NCBI GenBank assembly: GCA_038321315.1
Contig: JBBQEX010000005.1
Span: forward strand, 164,097 to 212,473
DNA: 48,377 nucleotides
Source of the DNA: Haliangiales bacterium
Lineage (GTDB): Bacteria; Myxococcota_A; Polyangia; Haliangiales; Haliangiaceae
Direction of reading: 5' to 3'
This document shows, one piece after another, positions 8,303-17,295 of this stretch. The first letter of the stretch is position 1; each line of letters starts with the position of its first letter. The position numbers and the translations under genes are program-made. The notes under the pieces were generated by a model. The model saw only the letters and a list, made by a program, of their open reading frames with translations, ran no database searches and had not been told where the DNA came from.

Positions 8303-10777
8303 ATGCACCGTTTGGCGGTCGGAGTCGTGGTTGTCCTCTGCGGCTGTCTGAACGCGCGCACGACCACCTGCGACGATGGTCGCGTGTGTCCCGAGGATAC
8401 GGTCTGCAAGACGTTCGACTCGTTCGCCGGCACGCCCCTGCCGCGGTGCGTCCCGATCGCGGCGATCACCAAGTGCGACGGCAAGGCCGACCACAACGAC
8501 TGCGGCGATGGCAACCGCTGCTACAGCGGCGCGTGCCTGCCGGGTGGCTGCGGCAACTCGTTGCGCGACGACGGCGAGGTCTGCGACGACGGCAACCAGC
8601 TCGCCGGTGACGGCTGCACGAACGATTGCCAGTCGAACGAGACGTGCGGCAACGGCATCGCGGACCCGATCGCCGGCGAGGCCTGCGACGACGGCAACAC
8701 GTTCGCGCACGATGGCTGCTCGGCGACCTGCACGCCGGACGTGCTGGCGTGGAGCGATCCGGCGGTGGTTCCGGCCAGTCGCTATGGCGCGATGATCGCG
8801 TACGACTCGGATCGCGATCGCGTCGTGATGTTCAGCGGCTACCCGAACGATCCGACGGCTCCGACGACGAACGACCTGTGGGAGTGGGATGGGCGCGGCT
8901 GGGTCCGGCGCGAGGTCGCGACCGGTCCGCACGCGCGCTTCGCCGGTGCGATGGCCTACGACAGCGCCCATCACGCGACCGTGCTGTTCGGCGATGACGT
9001 CTCGCACGACACGTGGCTGTGGAACGGTGAGGGGTGGACCGAGCAACATCCGGCGGTCGACCCGGGGCCGCGCTTCGGTGCCGCGATGGCGTACGATCCG
9101 ATCGGCCATCAGATCGTGCTGTTCGGCGGGGCTGCTTCCGCGACGCTTCACGACACCTGGACCTGGGATGGCGCGAGCTGGGCCCGGCTCGTGGTCCCCG
9201 ACGTCGTCGTCGGGAGGCGGCCGAGCCTCGGCTTCGATCCGCGCCGGGGTGCGCTCGTCCTCGTCGGGTACACCGACGATGCCGCGGCGACCCCACAGGT
9301 CTGGGAGCTCGATCGCAACGCCCCGATGGCGTGGAAGCTGGTCGGTGCCGGCGGGACCGCGCCGGCGGCGGCCGCGGCCGGCGATCCGCAGTTTGCGTGG
9401 AGCGCGCCCGACCAGATGCTCGTGTACGTCGCCCCCCAGATGCCGACGTGGAAAGGCTGGAACGGCAGCGCGTGGAGCGACCTCGCGCCGCCGCAGGCCG
9501 GCGTCACGTCGGCACAGCTCGTGGCGGCGCCGAGCCACGATGCGCTGTTCCTGTTCGCGGGCGTCGGACCGACCTCGGCGACGACGACGTACGTGCGCGA
9601 CGCCACGAAGACCTGGCGCACGGTTCAACCGACGGTCGCGCCGACCGCGCGGCTCTCGGCCTGCAGCGCCTACGATCCGATCCGCCGTCGGATGTTGGTC
9701 GTCGGCGGTCGCACCGGCGCCACGCGGCTCGGCGAGGTGTGGGCGTGGAACGGCGGTGGCTGGGCGCAGGCCCCGAGCGGCTTGCCGGTGCGCAGCGCGT
9801 GCGCGGCCACCTACGATGTCGGGCGCGACGCGCTCGTGGTGTTCGGCGGCTTCGTGACCGGCGCCAACCTCGGCGACACGTACGAGCTCGATGCGACCGG
9901 CTGGCACGCGAGGACGCCGGGCCAGGCACCGACGATGCGCGGTGGCGCCGCGATGGCCTACGACGCCGCGAACCACGAGGTCGTGCTGTTCGGCGGTCGC
10001 GCGATCGACGCGACGGGCACGATCGCGTACTACGGCGACACCTGGACGTGGGACGGCACGACGTGGACCCAGCACGTGGGCGTGGGCCCGGCCGCACGGA
10101 GCAACGTCGGCCTCGCCTACGATCCGGTCGGCGCTCGCGTCGTGCTGTTCGGTGGTGGCGATGATACCCACAGCTATGACGACACGTGGATCTGGGATGG
10201 CACGGCCCACGCCTGGACCGAGGTGAGCGACGCGGTGCATCCGCCTCCGGCGTCGGCGCCGATCGCCTGGGATCCGGCGCGACGCGTGATGGTGCTCTTC
10301 GACATCGGTACCGGCAGGGGCAATGACGTGTGGGAGCTCGCCGGCGACACCTGGACGCTGCTCGCGGCGGCGAACCCGATCGCGGCCCGGAACTCGGCGG
10401 TGATGGAGCAAGATCCGAGCGGCGCCGGCGTGGTGATGTTCGGGGGTATCGGTGGAGACGGCACGACGCTCGCCTCGCTCGCGCGGCTGCGCTGGGATGG
10501 CGCGCCCGCGGACACGTGCGCCCACAGCGATGGCGATCACGACGGCAAGATCGGCTGTGCCGACGACGATTGCTGGTACGACTGCCATCCGACCTGCCCG
10601 CCGGCGAGCACGTGCGATCCGGGCGCTCCGCGCTGCGGCGATGGCACGTGCGATGCGCGGTTCGAGACCTGCGCGAGTTGCCCGCTCGATTGCACGACTG
10701 CCTGCGTGCCGATCTGCGGTGACCTGCAGTGCACCGGCACCGAGACCGCGGCGAGTTGCCCGGGCGATTGCCCCTAG
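8303..10777 (+). CDS. Kelch-repeat lipoprotein with Myxococcus cysteine-rich repeats (TIGR02232-like) and Cys-rich C-terminus
   Basis: MHRLAVGVVVVLCGC lipobox. Two DGEVCDDGNxxxGDGC(T/S)xxC repeats. At least 6 Kelch-like blades (VLFGG...DTWxWDG..W). C-terminal Cys-rich tail. Track start 8267 is an in-frame alternative. Confidence 0.85.
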   Translation: MHRLAVGVVVVLCGCLNARTTTCDDGRVCPEDTVCKTFDSFAGTPLPRCVPIAAITKCDGKADHNDCGDGNRCYSGACLPGGCGNSLRDDGEVCDDGNQLAGDGCTNDCQSNETCGNGIADPIAGEACDDGNTFAHDGCSATCTPDVLAWSDPAVVPASRYGAMIAYDSDRDRVVMFSGYPNDPTAPTTNDLWEWDGRGWVRREVATGPHARFAGAMAYDSAHHATVLFGDDVSHDTWLWNGEGWTEQHPAVDPGPRFGAAMAYDPIGHQIVLFGGAASATLHDTWTWDGASWARLVVPDVVVGRRPSLGFDPRRGALVLVGYTDDAAATPQVWELDRNAPMAWKLVGAGGTAPAAAAAGDPQFAWSAPDQMLVYVAPQMPTWKGWNGSAWSDLAPPQAGVTSAQLVAAPSHDALFLFAGVGPTSATTTYVRDATKTWRTVQPTVAPTARLSACSAYDPIRRRMLVVGGRTGATRLGEVWAWNGGGWAQAPSGLPVRSACAATYDVGRDALVVFGGFVTGANLGDTYELDATGWHARTPGQAPTMRGGAAMAYDAANHEVVLFGGRAIDATGTIAYYGDTWTWDGTTWTQHVGVGPAARSNVGLAYDPVGARVVLFGGGDDTHSYDDTWIWDGTAHAWTEVSDAVHPPPASAPIAWDPARRVMVLFDIGTGRGNDVWELAGDTWTLLAAANPIAARNSAVMEQDPSGAGVVMFGGIGGDGTTLASLARLRWDGAPADTCAHSDGDHDGKIGCADDDCWYDCHPTCPPASTCDPGAPRCGDGTCDARFETCASCPLDCTTACVPICGDLQCTGTETAASCPGDCP

Positions 10778-12996
10778 GCTCGGCGTTGGATCCGAACAGG
10801 CAGCGACCGGTCGCGACCATCGCGATCGTCACGTTCGTGGTGCTCGTCCTCGAGCTCACGTCCACCCGGCTGTTCGCGTACATCGGTAGCTCGCACGCGA
10901 CCGCGACCGCGCTGTCGATCGCGTTCCTCGGCCTCGGCGTCGGCGCGTTCGTTCGCTTGCGATTCCCACGCTGGGTGGAGCCGGGTCGCGCCGCGATCGG
11001 GCTCGCGATCGCGCTTCTCGGCCTGGCCTCGGCCGCGATCGCGGGCGCGTCCATGTCGGGACTCGTGGCGCTGTCGCTCGTGCCGTTCGCGCTCGCAGGC
11101 ACGCTGGTCTCGGACGCGTATGCCGCGCGTGGCCGCGAGGGCGCGCGCGCGACCTACGCGATCGACCTGTTCGCAGCGGCGAGCGGCTGCCTCGTCGCGC
11201 CTCGGCTGATCGGGCCACTCGGCCCGATCGAGATCGTGCTGGGGCTCGGCCTGATCTGCTGCGTGCTCGCGGCGATCGTGGTCGTGCGTCGGCCGCGCAC
11301 CGTGGCCGCGATCGCGGTGATCTCGGTGGCGCACGTCGGCCTGTTGATTGCCGGACGGGCGGGAGCTCTCCCCGACGGCGCGCTCGAGGTCGTCCTCGAC
11401 GCCGGACCGCATTCCGAGAAGGCCCTCGCCCGCACCGGTGCATCGTCGCGCGACATCGTCGACTCGGCGTGGAGTCCGCTCGGTCGCCTAGACGTCCACC
11501 GCACGCACGACGCGAGACTCGGTGTGTACACCGACGGCATGAGCCCGACGTTCATGGTGCAACAAGCGAACGTGGGTTCGTTCGAGACCACGTGGGGCCT
11601 GCTCATGTCGTTGCCCTATCGCGCGCTCCACCCCGACCGCGTCCTCGTGCTCGGCGCCGGCGCAGGTGCGAGTGTGTGGCTGGCCAAGAAGTACGGCTCG
11701 TCGCGCGTCGACGCGGTGGAGGTCAATCCCGCGATTCCCGATCTCCTCGCGCGCTGGAGGCAGTTCGCCGGTGACGTCTACCGCCAGCCCGGGGTTCGCC
11801 TGTTCATCGACGACGCGCGCCGACACCTGGCCGACACCACCGAGCGCTACGACCTCATCGAGCTCGCGCTCGCGCTGACCGGAAACGAGCACGCGCAGCC
11901 GGCCGGGATGGAGGCGCACCTGTACACGGTCGAGGCGGTCCGGTTGTATCTGCGTCACCTGACCCCGACGGGCGCGCTCGTGCTCATCCACAGCGATCCG
12001 GGCAATGCGTATCGCCAGCTGATCACCGTGCTCGAGGCGCTCGAGGCGATCGGGATCAGTCGCGCGCACGCGCTCGAAGGCATCGCCGTGCTGCGCGATC
12101 CGCGGCCCGGGACCGCCTATCAGTACCTGCTGGTCGTCCGGACCTCGCCGATGCCGCTCGACGTGGTCGACGGCCTCGACGTCTCACCGGCCGAGCTCCT
12201 GTGGGGACCGGGAGATCCGCCGGAGCGCAGCGTCCAGCTGCTCGATCGGAAGCGGCTCGGCGTGACCGACGCGGACGACCTGAGCCCGGTGCATGACGAG
12301 CGTCCGTACTTCTTTCAGAACACCAAGGGGCTGCGCGCGACCGCGCTGGCCCAACCCGGCCGGTTGTGGGTCCTCGCTGGCGCGATCCTGCTGGTGCTCG
12401 TGCTCGTGATCGAGCGCGGTCGCGACACCCGCGCGTTCCTCCGTCCGGCCGGGGTCGCGGTCGGCCTCGGGGCGGCGTTTCTGTGCGTCGAGCTCGCGCT
12501 CATCCAGCGGTTCACGCTCGCGGCGGGCGGGGCGCTGTACGCCGTGTCGTTCGTGCTGTTCAGCTTGCTCGCGTGGAGCGCCGCCGGCGCGCTGATCCTC
12601 GGCGGTTGGTGGCGGCGGCTCGACCGCGGCGTCGCGTGGGCATCGCTCGCGGCGGGGCTCGCCGTCGCCGCGACTGGCCTGATCGCGCGCGATCTCGCGT
12701 GGCTCGACTCGATCACCAGTGACGCCGGTCGCCTGCTGCTGATCACGGCGATCCTCGCGCCCGTCGGGCTCGCCCTCGGCGGTCCGTTTCCGGTGCTGCT
12801 CGCGCACCACGGCGAGCCCACCGATCGCATCGCCAGCTTGTGGGCGATCAACGGAGCGGCGTCGGTGGCCGGCGGAATCGTCGCCGTCCTCGCGCTGCGC
12901 GTCGCCGGATCTACCGAGGCCCTGTTCCTCGCCGCCGGCTTGTATCTGGCAACCGCGGCGATCGCACCGCGCGCATTCGGTCGCGCCGCGATGTAG
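10729..12996 (+). CDS. Polytopic membrane protein with central spermidine synthase-like (aminopropyltransferase/SAM-MTase fold) domain
   Basis: Multiple transmembrane segments flank VLVLGAGAGASVWLAKKYGSSRVDAVEVNPAIPDLL...IDDARRHL...YDLIEL, a spermidine-synthase-like signature. The exact start is uncertain: no ATG after 10729 and a 48-nt overlap with the upstream gene, so an internal GTG start is possible. Confidence 0.72.
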   Translation: MHRHRDRGELPGRLPLGSALDPNRQRPVATIAIVTFVVLVLELTSTRLFAYIGSSHATATALSIAFLGLGVGAFVRLRFPRWVEPGRAAIGLAIALLGLASAAIAGASMSGLVALSLVPFALAGTLVSDAYAARGREGARATYAIDLFAAASGCLVAPRLIGPLGPIEIVLGLGLICCVLAAIVVVRRPRTVAAIAVISVAHVGLLIAGRAGALPDGALEVVLDAGPHSEKALARTGASSRDIVDSAWSPLGRLDVHRTHDARLGVYTDGMSPTFMVQQANVGSFETTWGLLMSLPYRALHPDRVLVLGAGAGASVWLAKKYGSSRVDAVEVNPAIPDLLARWRQFAGDVYRQPGVRLFIDDARRHLADTTERYDLIELALALTGNEHAQPAGMEAHLYTVEAVRLYLRHLTPTGALVLIHSDPGNAYRQLITVLEALEAIGISRAHALEGIAVLRDPRPGTAYQYLLVVRTSPMPLDVVDGLDVSPAELLWGPGDPPERSVQLLDRKRLGVTDADDLSPVHDERPYFFQNTKGLRATALAQPGRLWVLAGAILLVLVLVIERGRDTRAFLRPAGVAVGLGAAFLCVELALIQRFTLAAGGALYAVSFVLFSLLAWSAAGALILGGWWRRLDRGVAWASLAAGLAVAATGLIARDLAWLDSITSDAGRLLLITAILAPVGLALGGPFPVLLAHHGEPTDRIASLWAINGAASVAGGIVAVLALRVAGSTEALFLAAGLYLATAAIAPRAFGRAAM

Positions 12997-13007
12997 AGTC
13001 CGCGCCA

Positions 13008-13715
13008 ATGACAAACAAGCATTGGCTCACGACGGCACTCCTGTGCGGCGCCGTCCTCACGACGGCGGCTTGCAAGAAGAAGGCGCCGGACGCGGCCGCG
13101 GGCAGCGGCTCCAACGACATGACCATGGGCAGCGCGGGGAGCGCGGTTGCACCGGTCGCGCCGCCCGTCGGTTCGGCTGCGGCGCCCGCGCCGGCCGCGA
13201 AGGACGGACTCGAGGCCGCGTCGTGGAAGAACGACAAGGGCCCCGGGAAGGCGGGCCCGCTCACGTTCGATCGTCAGGTGTGGACCGACGATGGCAGCGG
13301 CAATCTCCAGATCTGGATGATCTCGAACTGCCCGAAGATCGCGCAGGACTGCGCCGTGGTCGCGTCGGATCAGCTCCAGCCGGATCGCCTCGACGCGCTC
13401 TGCAAGGGCTACACGATGATGCACATCGCGTTCAACCCGAAGCACGGCGAGCAGAAGGCGAACATGGGTCCGCTCAAGCTCGTGCCCGGCAAGTACGGCT
13501 CGAAGACCGAGCCACTCAACAGCTTCATCGAGTACACGAATGGCGATCGCACCGTCGGTGGTCAGTCCTATCAGGAGAAGGACCAGCTCGAGATCACGAA
13601 CGTGACCGCCACGACGATCGCGGGCACCTTCGACACGAAGTACAACGACTACGCGTACAAGGGCTCGTTCACGGCGCAGAAGTGCACGTGCGATCCCAGC
13701 GGCGCCTGCAAGTAG
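13008..13715 (+). CDS. Lipoprotein, hypothetical
   Basis: MTNKHWLTTALLCGAVLTTAACKKK lipobox. 235 aa with Ala/Pro-rich linker then a globular domain. High GC3. Confidence 0.7.
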   Translation: MTNKHWLTTALLCGAVLTTAACKKKAPDAAAGSGSNDMTMGSAGSAVAPVAPPVGSAAAPAPAAKDGLEAASWKNDKGPGKAGPLTFDRQVWTDDGSGNLQIWMISNCPKIAQDCAVVASDQLQPDRLDALCKGYTMMHIAFNPKHGEQKANMGPLKLVPGKYGSKTEPLNSFIEYTNGDRTVGGQSYQEKDQLEITNVTATTIAGTFDTKYNDYAYKGSFTAQKCTCDPSGACK

Positions 13716-13718
13716 CGG

Positions 13719-14951
13719 GTGTCCGACGCTCCGCTCACGGTGCGGCACCCCGCGGTGTGGACGGTGCTCTACCTGCCGTTCGGCGCGATGTCCGGTTTCG
13801 TCAACGTCGCGTTGACGTTCCTCGCGACGCTGCACGGGCTGTCGATCACCGAGGCCTCGTTCCTGCCGGCGGCGGCGCTGATCAGCCAGTGGCTCAAGTG
13901 GATCTGGGCCCCGGCCGTCGACGTGACGCTGTCTCCGAAGATCTGGTACCTGATCGGTACGACGGCTTCGGCGCTCGGCGTATTCGCGCTCGCCGCGATG
14001 CCGATGACCGAGGCCACGCTGCCCGCGCTGCTCGCGGTGATCGCGAGCACGAGCCTCCTCCGCTCGTTTGTCGGCATGTCGCTCGAGGCCATGCTCGCCG
14101 CCACCACGCCGCCGGAAGGGCAGGGGCGCGCGAGCGCGTGGTTCCAGGTTGGCAATCTCGGCGGCGCGGCGCTCGGTGGCGGGCTCGGCCTGACGCTGCT
14201 CGAGGTCATGGCCGAACCGTGGATGGCCGGCGCGATCCTCGCGACGCTGTTCATGCTGTGTAGCCTCGGGTTGCTCGCGGTGCCGGCGATCGCGGCGCAT
14301 CGGAGCACGACCCGCCCGTCGATCCGCGGCGTGCTCCACGACATCGCGAACCTCGCGCGCAGCAAGGGCGGGATCCTCGTGACGCTCCTCTGCTTCTTGC
14401 CGTTCGGCACCGGTGCCGCGCAGAGCGTCCTGACCCAGGCACGCGTCGCCGATCACTGGCACGCGACGGCCAGCCAGGTCGAATGGGTTCAAGGCTACGC
14501 GGGCGCGGCGGTGACCGCGCTCGGATGTTTCGCCGGTGGTTGGATGAGCACGCGGATGCGACCCCGGCCGGCCTACGTCGCCCAGGTCCTCTTGCTCGCG
14601 GCGGTCGCGGTGGCGATCGCGGTGGTGCCGGCGACCGTCACCGCGTACGTCGCCTTGAACCTGCTCTACGGGTTCATGTACGGCGTCGTGTTCGCGGGCT
14701 GGACGGTCGTCGTGCTCAACGCGATGGGGGCGCGCTCGGCGGCGACCAAGTACAGCCTGTTCGCCTCGCTGTCGAACTTCCCGACGTGGTGGCTCGGGCT
14801 CGCGCTCGGATACATCACCGACCGCCACGGGCCGATCGCGATGCTGCTCGTCGAAGCCGGGATCGCGGTGGTCGCGGTCGGCGTCTTCCTCGGCGCGAGT
14901 CGGCTGGTCGCGGGGAGTACGCTCCCCGACGAGCTCGTCGAAGCAAGCTGA
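13719..14951 (+). CDS. MFS transporter (AmpG/PUCC-like)
   Basis: About 12 predicted transmembrane segments. Starts 4 nt after the lipoprotein gene, so operon-like. High GC3. Confidence 0.8.
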   Translation: MSDAPLTVRHPAVWTVLYLPFGAMSGFVNVALTFLATLHGLSITEASFLPAAALISQWLKWIWAPAVDVTLSPKIWYLIGTTASALGVFALAAMPMTEATLPALLAVIASTSLLRSFVGMSLEAMLAATTPPEGQGRASAWFQVGNLGGAALGGGLGLTLLEVMAEPWMAGAILATLFMLCSLGLLAVPAIAAHRSTTRPSIRGVLHDIANLARSKGGILVTLLCFLPFGTGAAQSVLTQARVADHWHATASQVEWVQGYAGAAVTALGCFAGGWMSTRMRPRPAYVAQVLLLAAVAVAIAVVPATVTAYVALNLLYGFMYGVVFAGWTVVVLNAMGARSAATKYSLFASLSNFPTWWLGLALGYITDRHGPIAMLLVEAGIAVVAVGVFLGASRLVAGSTLPDELVEAS

Positions 14952-14977
14952 GCCGGGCCGATCGGCTGCGACCTGCG

Positions 14978-15442
14978 CTAGGTCCGGCGCTTGCCGAGCG
15001 CGACCGCGTAGACCGCACACGTCGCGGCGTAGCTCGCGGGGATCGAGAGGAGGACCATGAGCTCCCAGAACATGCCGTGGGCCTGCGGATGGAGAAACGC
15101 GATCAAGCCCAACACGACGATGCCCAGCACCCACCCGGCAAGTCCGGTGAGTGCCGCGGCGATGCCGTAGCCGGGAGCGCGAACCATGGAGCTCGCGGCG
15201 ACCGCCGCGATCGGGATCGCGACACACGGCGCGCCGACGAAGAAGATCAGGAAGAAGACGGGCGTGTCGTCGACGTTCGTGAGCATCAGCGTGAGCGCGA
15301 GGGTCGTCGCGAGCAGCGTCGTCGCGATCGTGACGAGCAAGACCCTCGGGAGGTCGATCGCGAAGCGCCGTCGGCGCAGGACGAGCAACACGGGTGCGAA
15401 CAGCGCGGCGCCGATGACGAGACCCATTCGATCTCGTAGCAC
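14978..15442 (-). CDS. Small integral membrane protein (4 TM), hypothetical
   Basis: Hydrophobic helices (LVIGAALFAPVLLVL, LVTIATTLLATTLALTLML, etc.). Convergent with the MFS gene. Confidence 0.6.
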   Translation of the reverse strand: MLRDRMGLVIGAALFAPVLLVLRRRRFAIDLPRVLLVTIATTLLATTLALTLMLTNVDDTPVFFLIFFVGAPCVAIPIAAVAASSMVRAPGYGIAAALTGLAGWVLGIVVLGLIAFLHPQAHGMFWELMVLLSIPASYAATCAVYAVALGKRRT

Positions 15443-15460
15443 ACCGCACGCGCTCCCTGG

Positions 15461-16774
15461 TCAGAAGCCGTCCCCGTCCATCGAAGGCGCGGGGCGAGTC
15501 GCCGGACGGATCAGATCGAGCAGCGCACGGCCGAGAGCCACGACCTCGTCGGCGTCCGCGCGGGATTCCGGGGTCAACGACGACCACTGGAGCACGAGTC
15601 CGTCGATCTCGTCGTTCAGGCCGGACAGGCGCTCGGCTTTCACGAACGCCTGCTCGATCACATCGCACGCGACCTCGGGCAAGAGCGCTGCGAACTTGAC
15701 GGCCCGCTCGAGCTCGCCGGTGATCTTGGCCTTCAGATCGGTGTCGTGCTTGATGAGCACCCCGCGCTGCGACACGAACGACAGCGAGTCGAGGTACTTG
15801 TCGAACCCTTCACAGTCGAGCCGGTTCTGCACCGAGTTCCCGTTCGTCAGCGTTTCGCGGATCTGCCAGAAGTCCCGGCGGGTGTCGGAGCGCAGGTAGT
15901 TGAACACGTCGGCGTCGACGAACTGGCTCATCGCTTCGACGATGCGCCGGTAGTTCGTCTCCGCGACGTCGGGTGGCGTCGTGCGATCCTGGACGCGCCG
16001 GTTGAGCCCACGGATCCCGCGGCGCAGCTCCGCCAGGGCGCGCCGGATCGCCAGGGCCTTGCCGAGGCTGTCGCGGTGTCCCGACACCATGCGCTCGGGC
16101 TCGGCGTAGCCTAAGAAGCATTCGTACACCGTCGTCATCACCGCGAAGACGCCATCCATGAGGCCGGTGGTCGCGTCGTTGAGATCGCGAACGGCCTGCT
16201 CCTTCTTGTCGTTCTTGAGCGCGTGCGCGAACCGGCGTTCGAATTCCCGGAGCTCCGAGACCAGCCCGTACTGCAACGTCGACATCTCGGCCGAGAGTGC
16301 ATCCCAGCGATCGTCGTCCGTCCGCTGGCGATGGGGGATCAAGGCGCGCGACGAGATCGAGCCGGGGCGCGGGGCGGCCGGGCGGTCGTCGAGCTCGAGA
16401 TCCGTGCCTCCCTCGTCGGGATTCGCGGCCGCCGCGGGCGCGACCATGGCGAGGTACTCGAGCAGGCGGCGGAAGTGACTCAGGACCGCGTCGGAGACGA
16501 TCTGGAGTTGCTCCTCGCCATCTTCTCGGAGGTAGAGCGCGGCGTCGAGCTCGCCGAGCGCGCGCACCGCGTCTTCGCCGAACTGGAGGAGCTTCTGGAT
16601 CTTCCTTCGGATGCGACGGTCCGAGATCGTCGCGAGCAGCCCGGCGAGGGCTGCGTTCTCGGATGGTTCGGATTCCAATGTCTTAGGATATGGGTCGGCG
16701 AATGCGAGCGCGAGCAAATCCTCCCGATCATCGTGGCCCCATCGCTGACACTCGATCGCACGTCGCTGCGACAC
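15461..16774 (-). CDS. Hypothetical cytoplasmic protein (437 aa)
   Basis: Long ORF with GC3-rich codon usage. The overlapping plus-strand ORFs are Arg-rich antisense artifacts. No recognisable domain. Confidence 0.65.
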   Translation of the reverse strand: MSQRRAIECQRWGHDDREDLLALAFADPYPKTLESEPSENAALAGLLATISDRRIRRKIQKLLQFGEDAVRALGELDAALYLREDGEEQLQIVSDAVLSHFRRLLEYLAMVAPAAAANPDEGGTDLELDDRPAAPRPGSISSRALIPHRQRTDDDRWDALSAEMSTLQYGLVSELREFERRFAHALKNDKKEQAVRDLNDATTGLMDGVFAVMTTVYECFLGYAEPERMVSGHRDSLGKALAIRRALAELRRGIRGLNRRVQDRTTPPDVAETNYRRIVEAMSQFVDADVFNYLRSDTRRDFWQIRETLTNGNSVQNRLDCEGFDKYLDSLSFVSQRGVLIKHDTDLKAKITGELERAVKFAALLPEVACDVIEQAFVKAERLSGLNDEIDGLVLQWSSLTPESRADADEVVALGRALLDLIRPATRPAPSMDGDGF

Positions 16775-16855
16775 CCCCGCTCGCTACCCCTGGTATGGGG
16801 GTGGTGGTCTTGCAGATGTGCGGGCTATCGAGGTGGACCGAGCTAGGATCGAGGC

Positions 16856-17284
16856 ATGCGCGGCCTCGCCCTGCTCTTGCTCGTGGGCTGCGTGACCGAG
16901 CAGGTCTCCGTGACCCCGCGCGAGTTGCTGCACCGCGTTCGTGAGTTGCGTATCACGGGCCATGCCCACGTCTCGGTCGGCAACGGTGACACCTACGACC
17001 TGTCAGCCGATCGGGTGTTCGATGTCACACTCCACGACAAGCCCGCGACGATCACGCTGCGCCAGATGATCGATGGCTGCCCCGAGATCGTCCCGTTCGC
17101 GGGTCAGCCCGGGTCGCCGACCCGCTGCCTGCTGCTCGACACCACCGTCGAGCGGTTCCGGATCGACACGCGTCACCACGTCAACTGGGAGATCTTCGAG
17201 GTGTTCGGTGGCGCGCTGCTCGTGACCGCGACCCTCGGCGCGATCGCCGGCCTCGTGTGTCACGCCTCGGCGAGTGGCTGCTAG
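16856..17284 (+). CDS. Small lipoprotein with C-terminal TM anchor, hypothetical
   Basis: MRGLALLLLVGC lipobox. Very high GC3. C-terminal hydrophobic segment GGALLVTATLGAIAGLVC. Confidence 0.7.
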   Translation: MRGLALLLLVGCVTEQVSVTPRELLHRVRELRITGHAHVSVGNGDTYDLSADRVFDVTLHDKPATITLRQMIDGCPEIVPFAGQPGSPTRCLLLDTTVERFRIDTRHHVNWEIFEVFGGALLVTATLGAIAGLVCHASASGC

Positions 17285-17295
17285 CGCGATCGCCC

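Noticed and set aside
8249-10588. Upstream 780 aa of the 1001-aa minus ORF 7583..10588
   Set aside because: Only the last 221 aa (7583..8248) form a real PP-loop ATPase. The remainder is Arg-rich and antisense to the Kelch lipoprotein gene.
12184-15668. Minus ORFs 12184..13014 and 12315..15668 (1117 aa)
   Set aside because: Antisense to the membrane spermidine-synthase-like gene, the lipoprotein and the MFS gene; Arg-rich.
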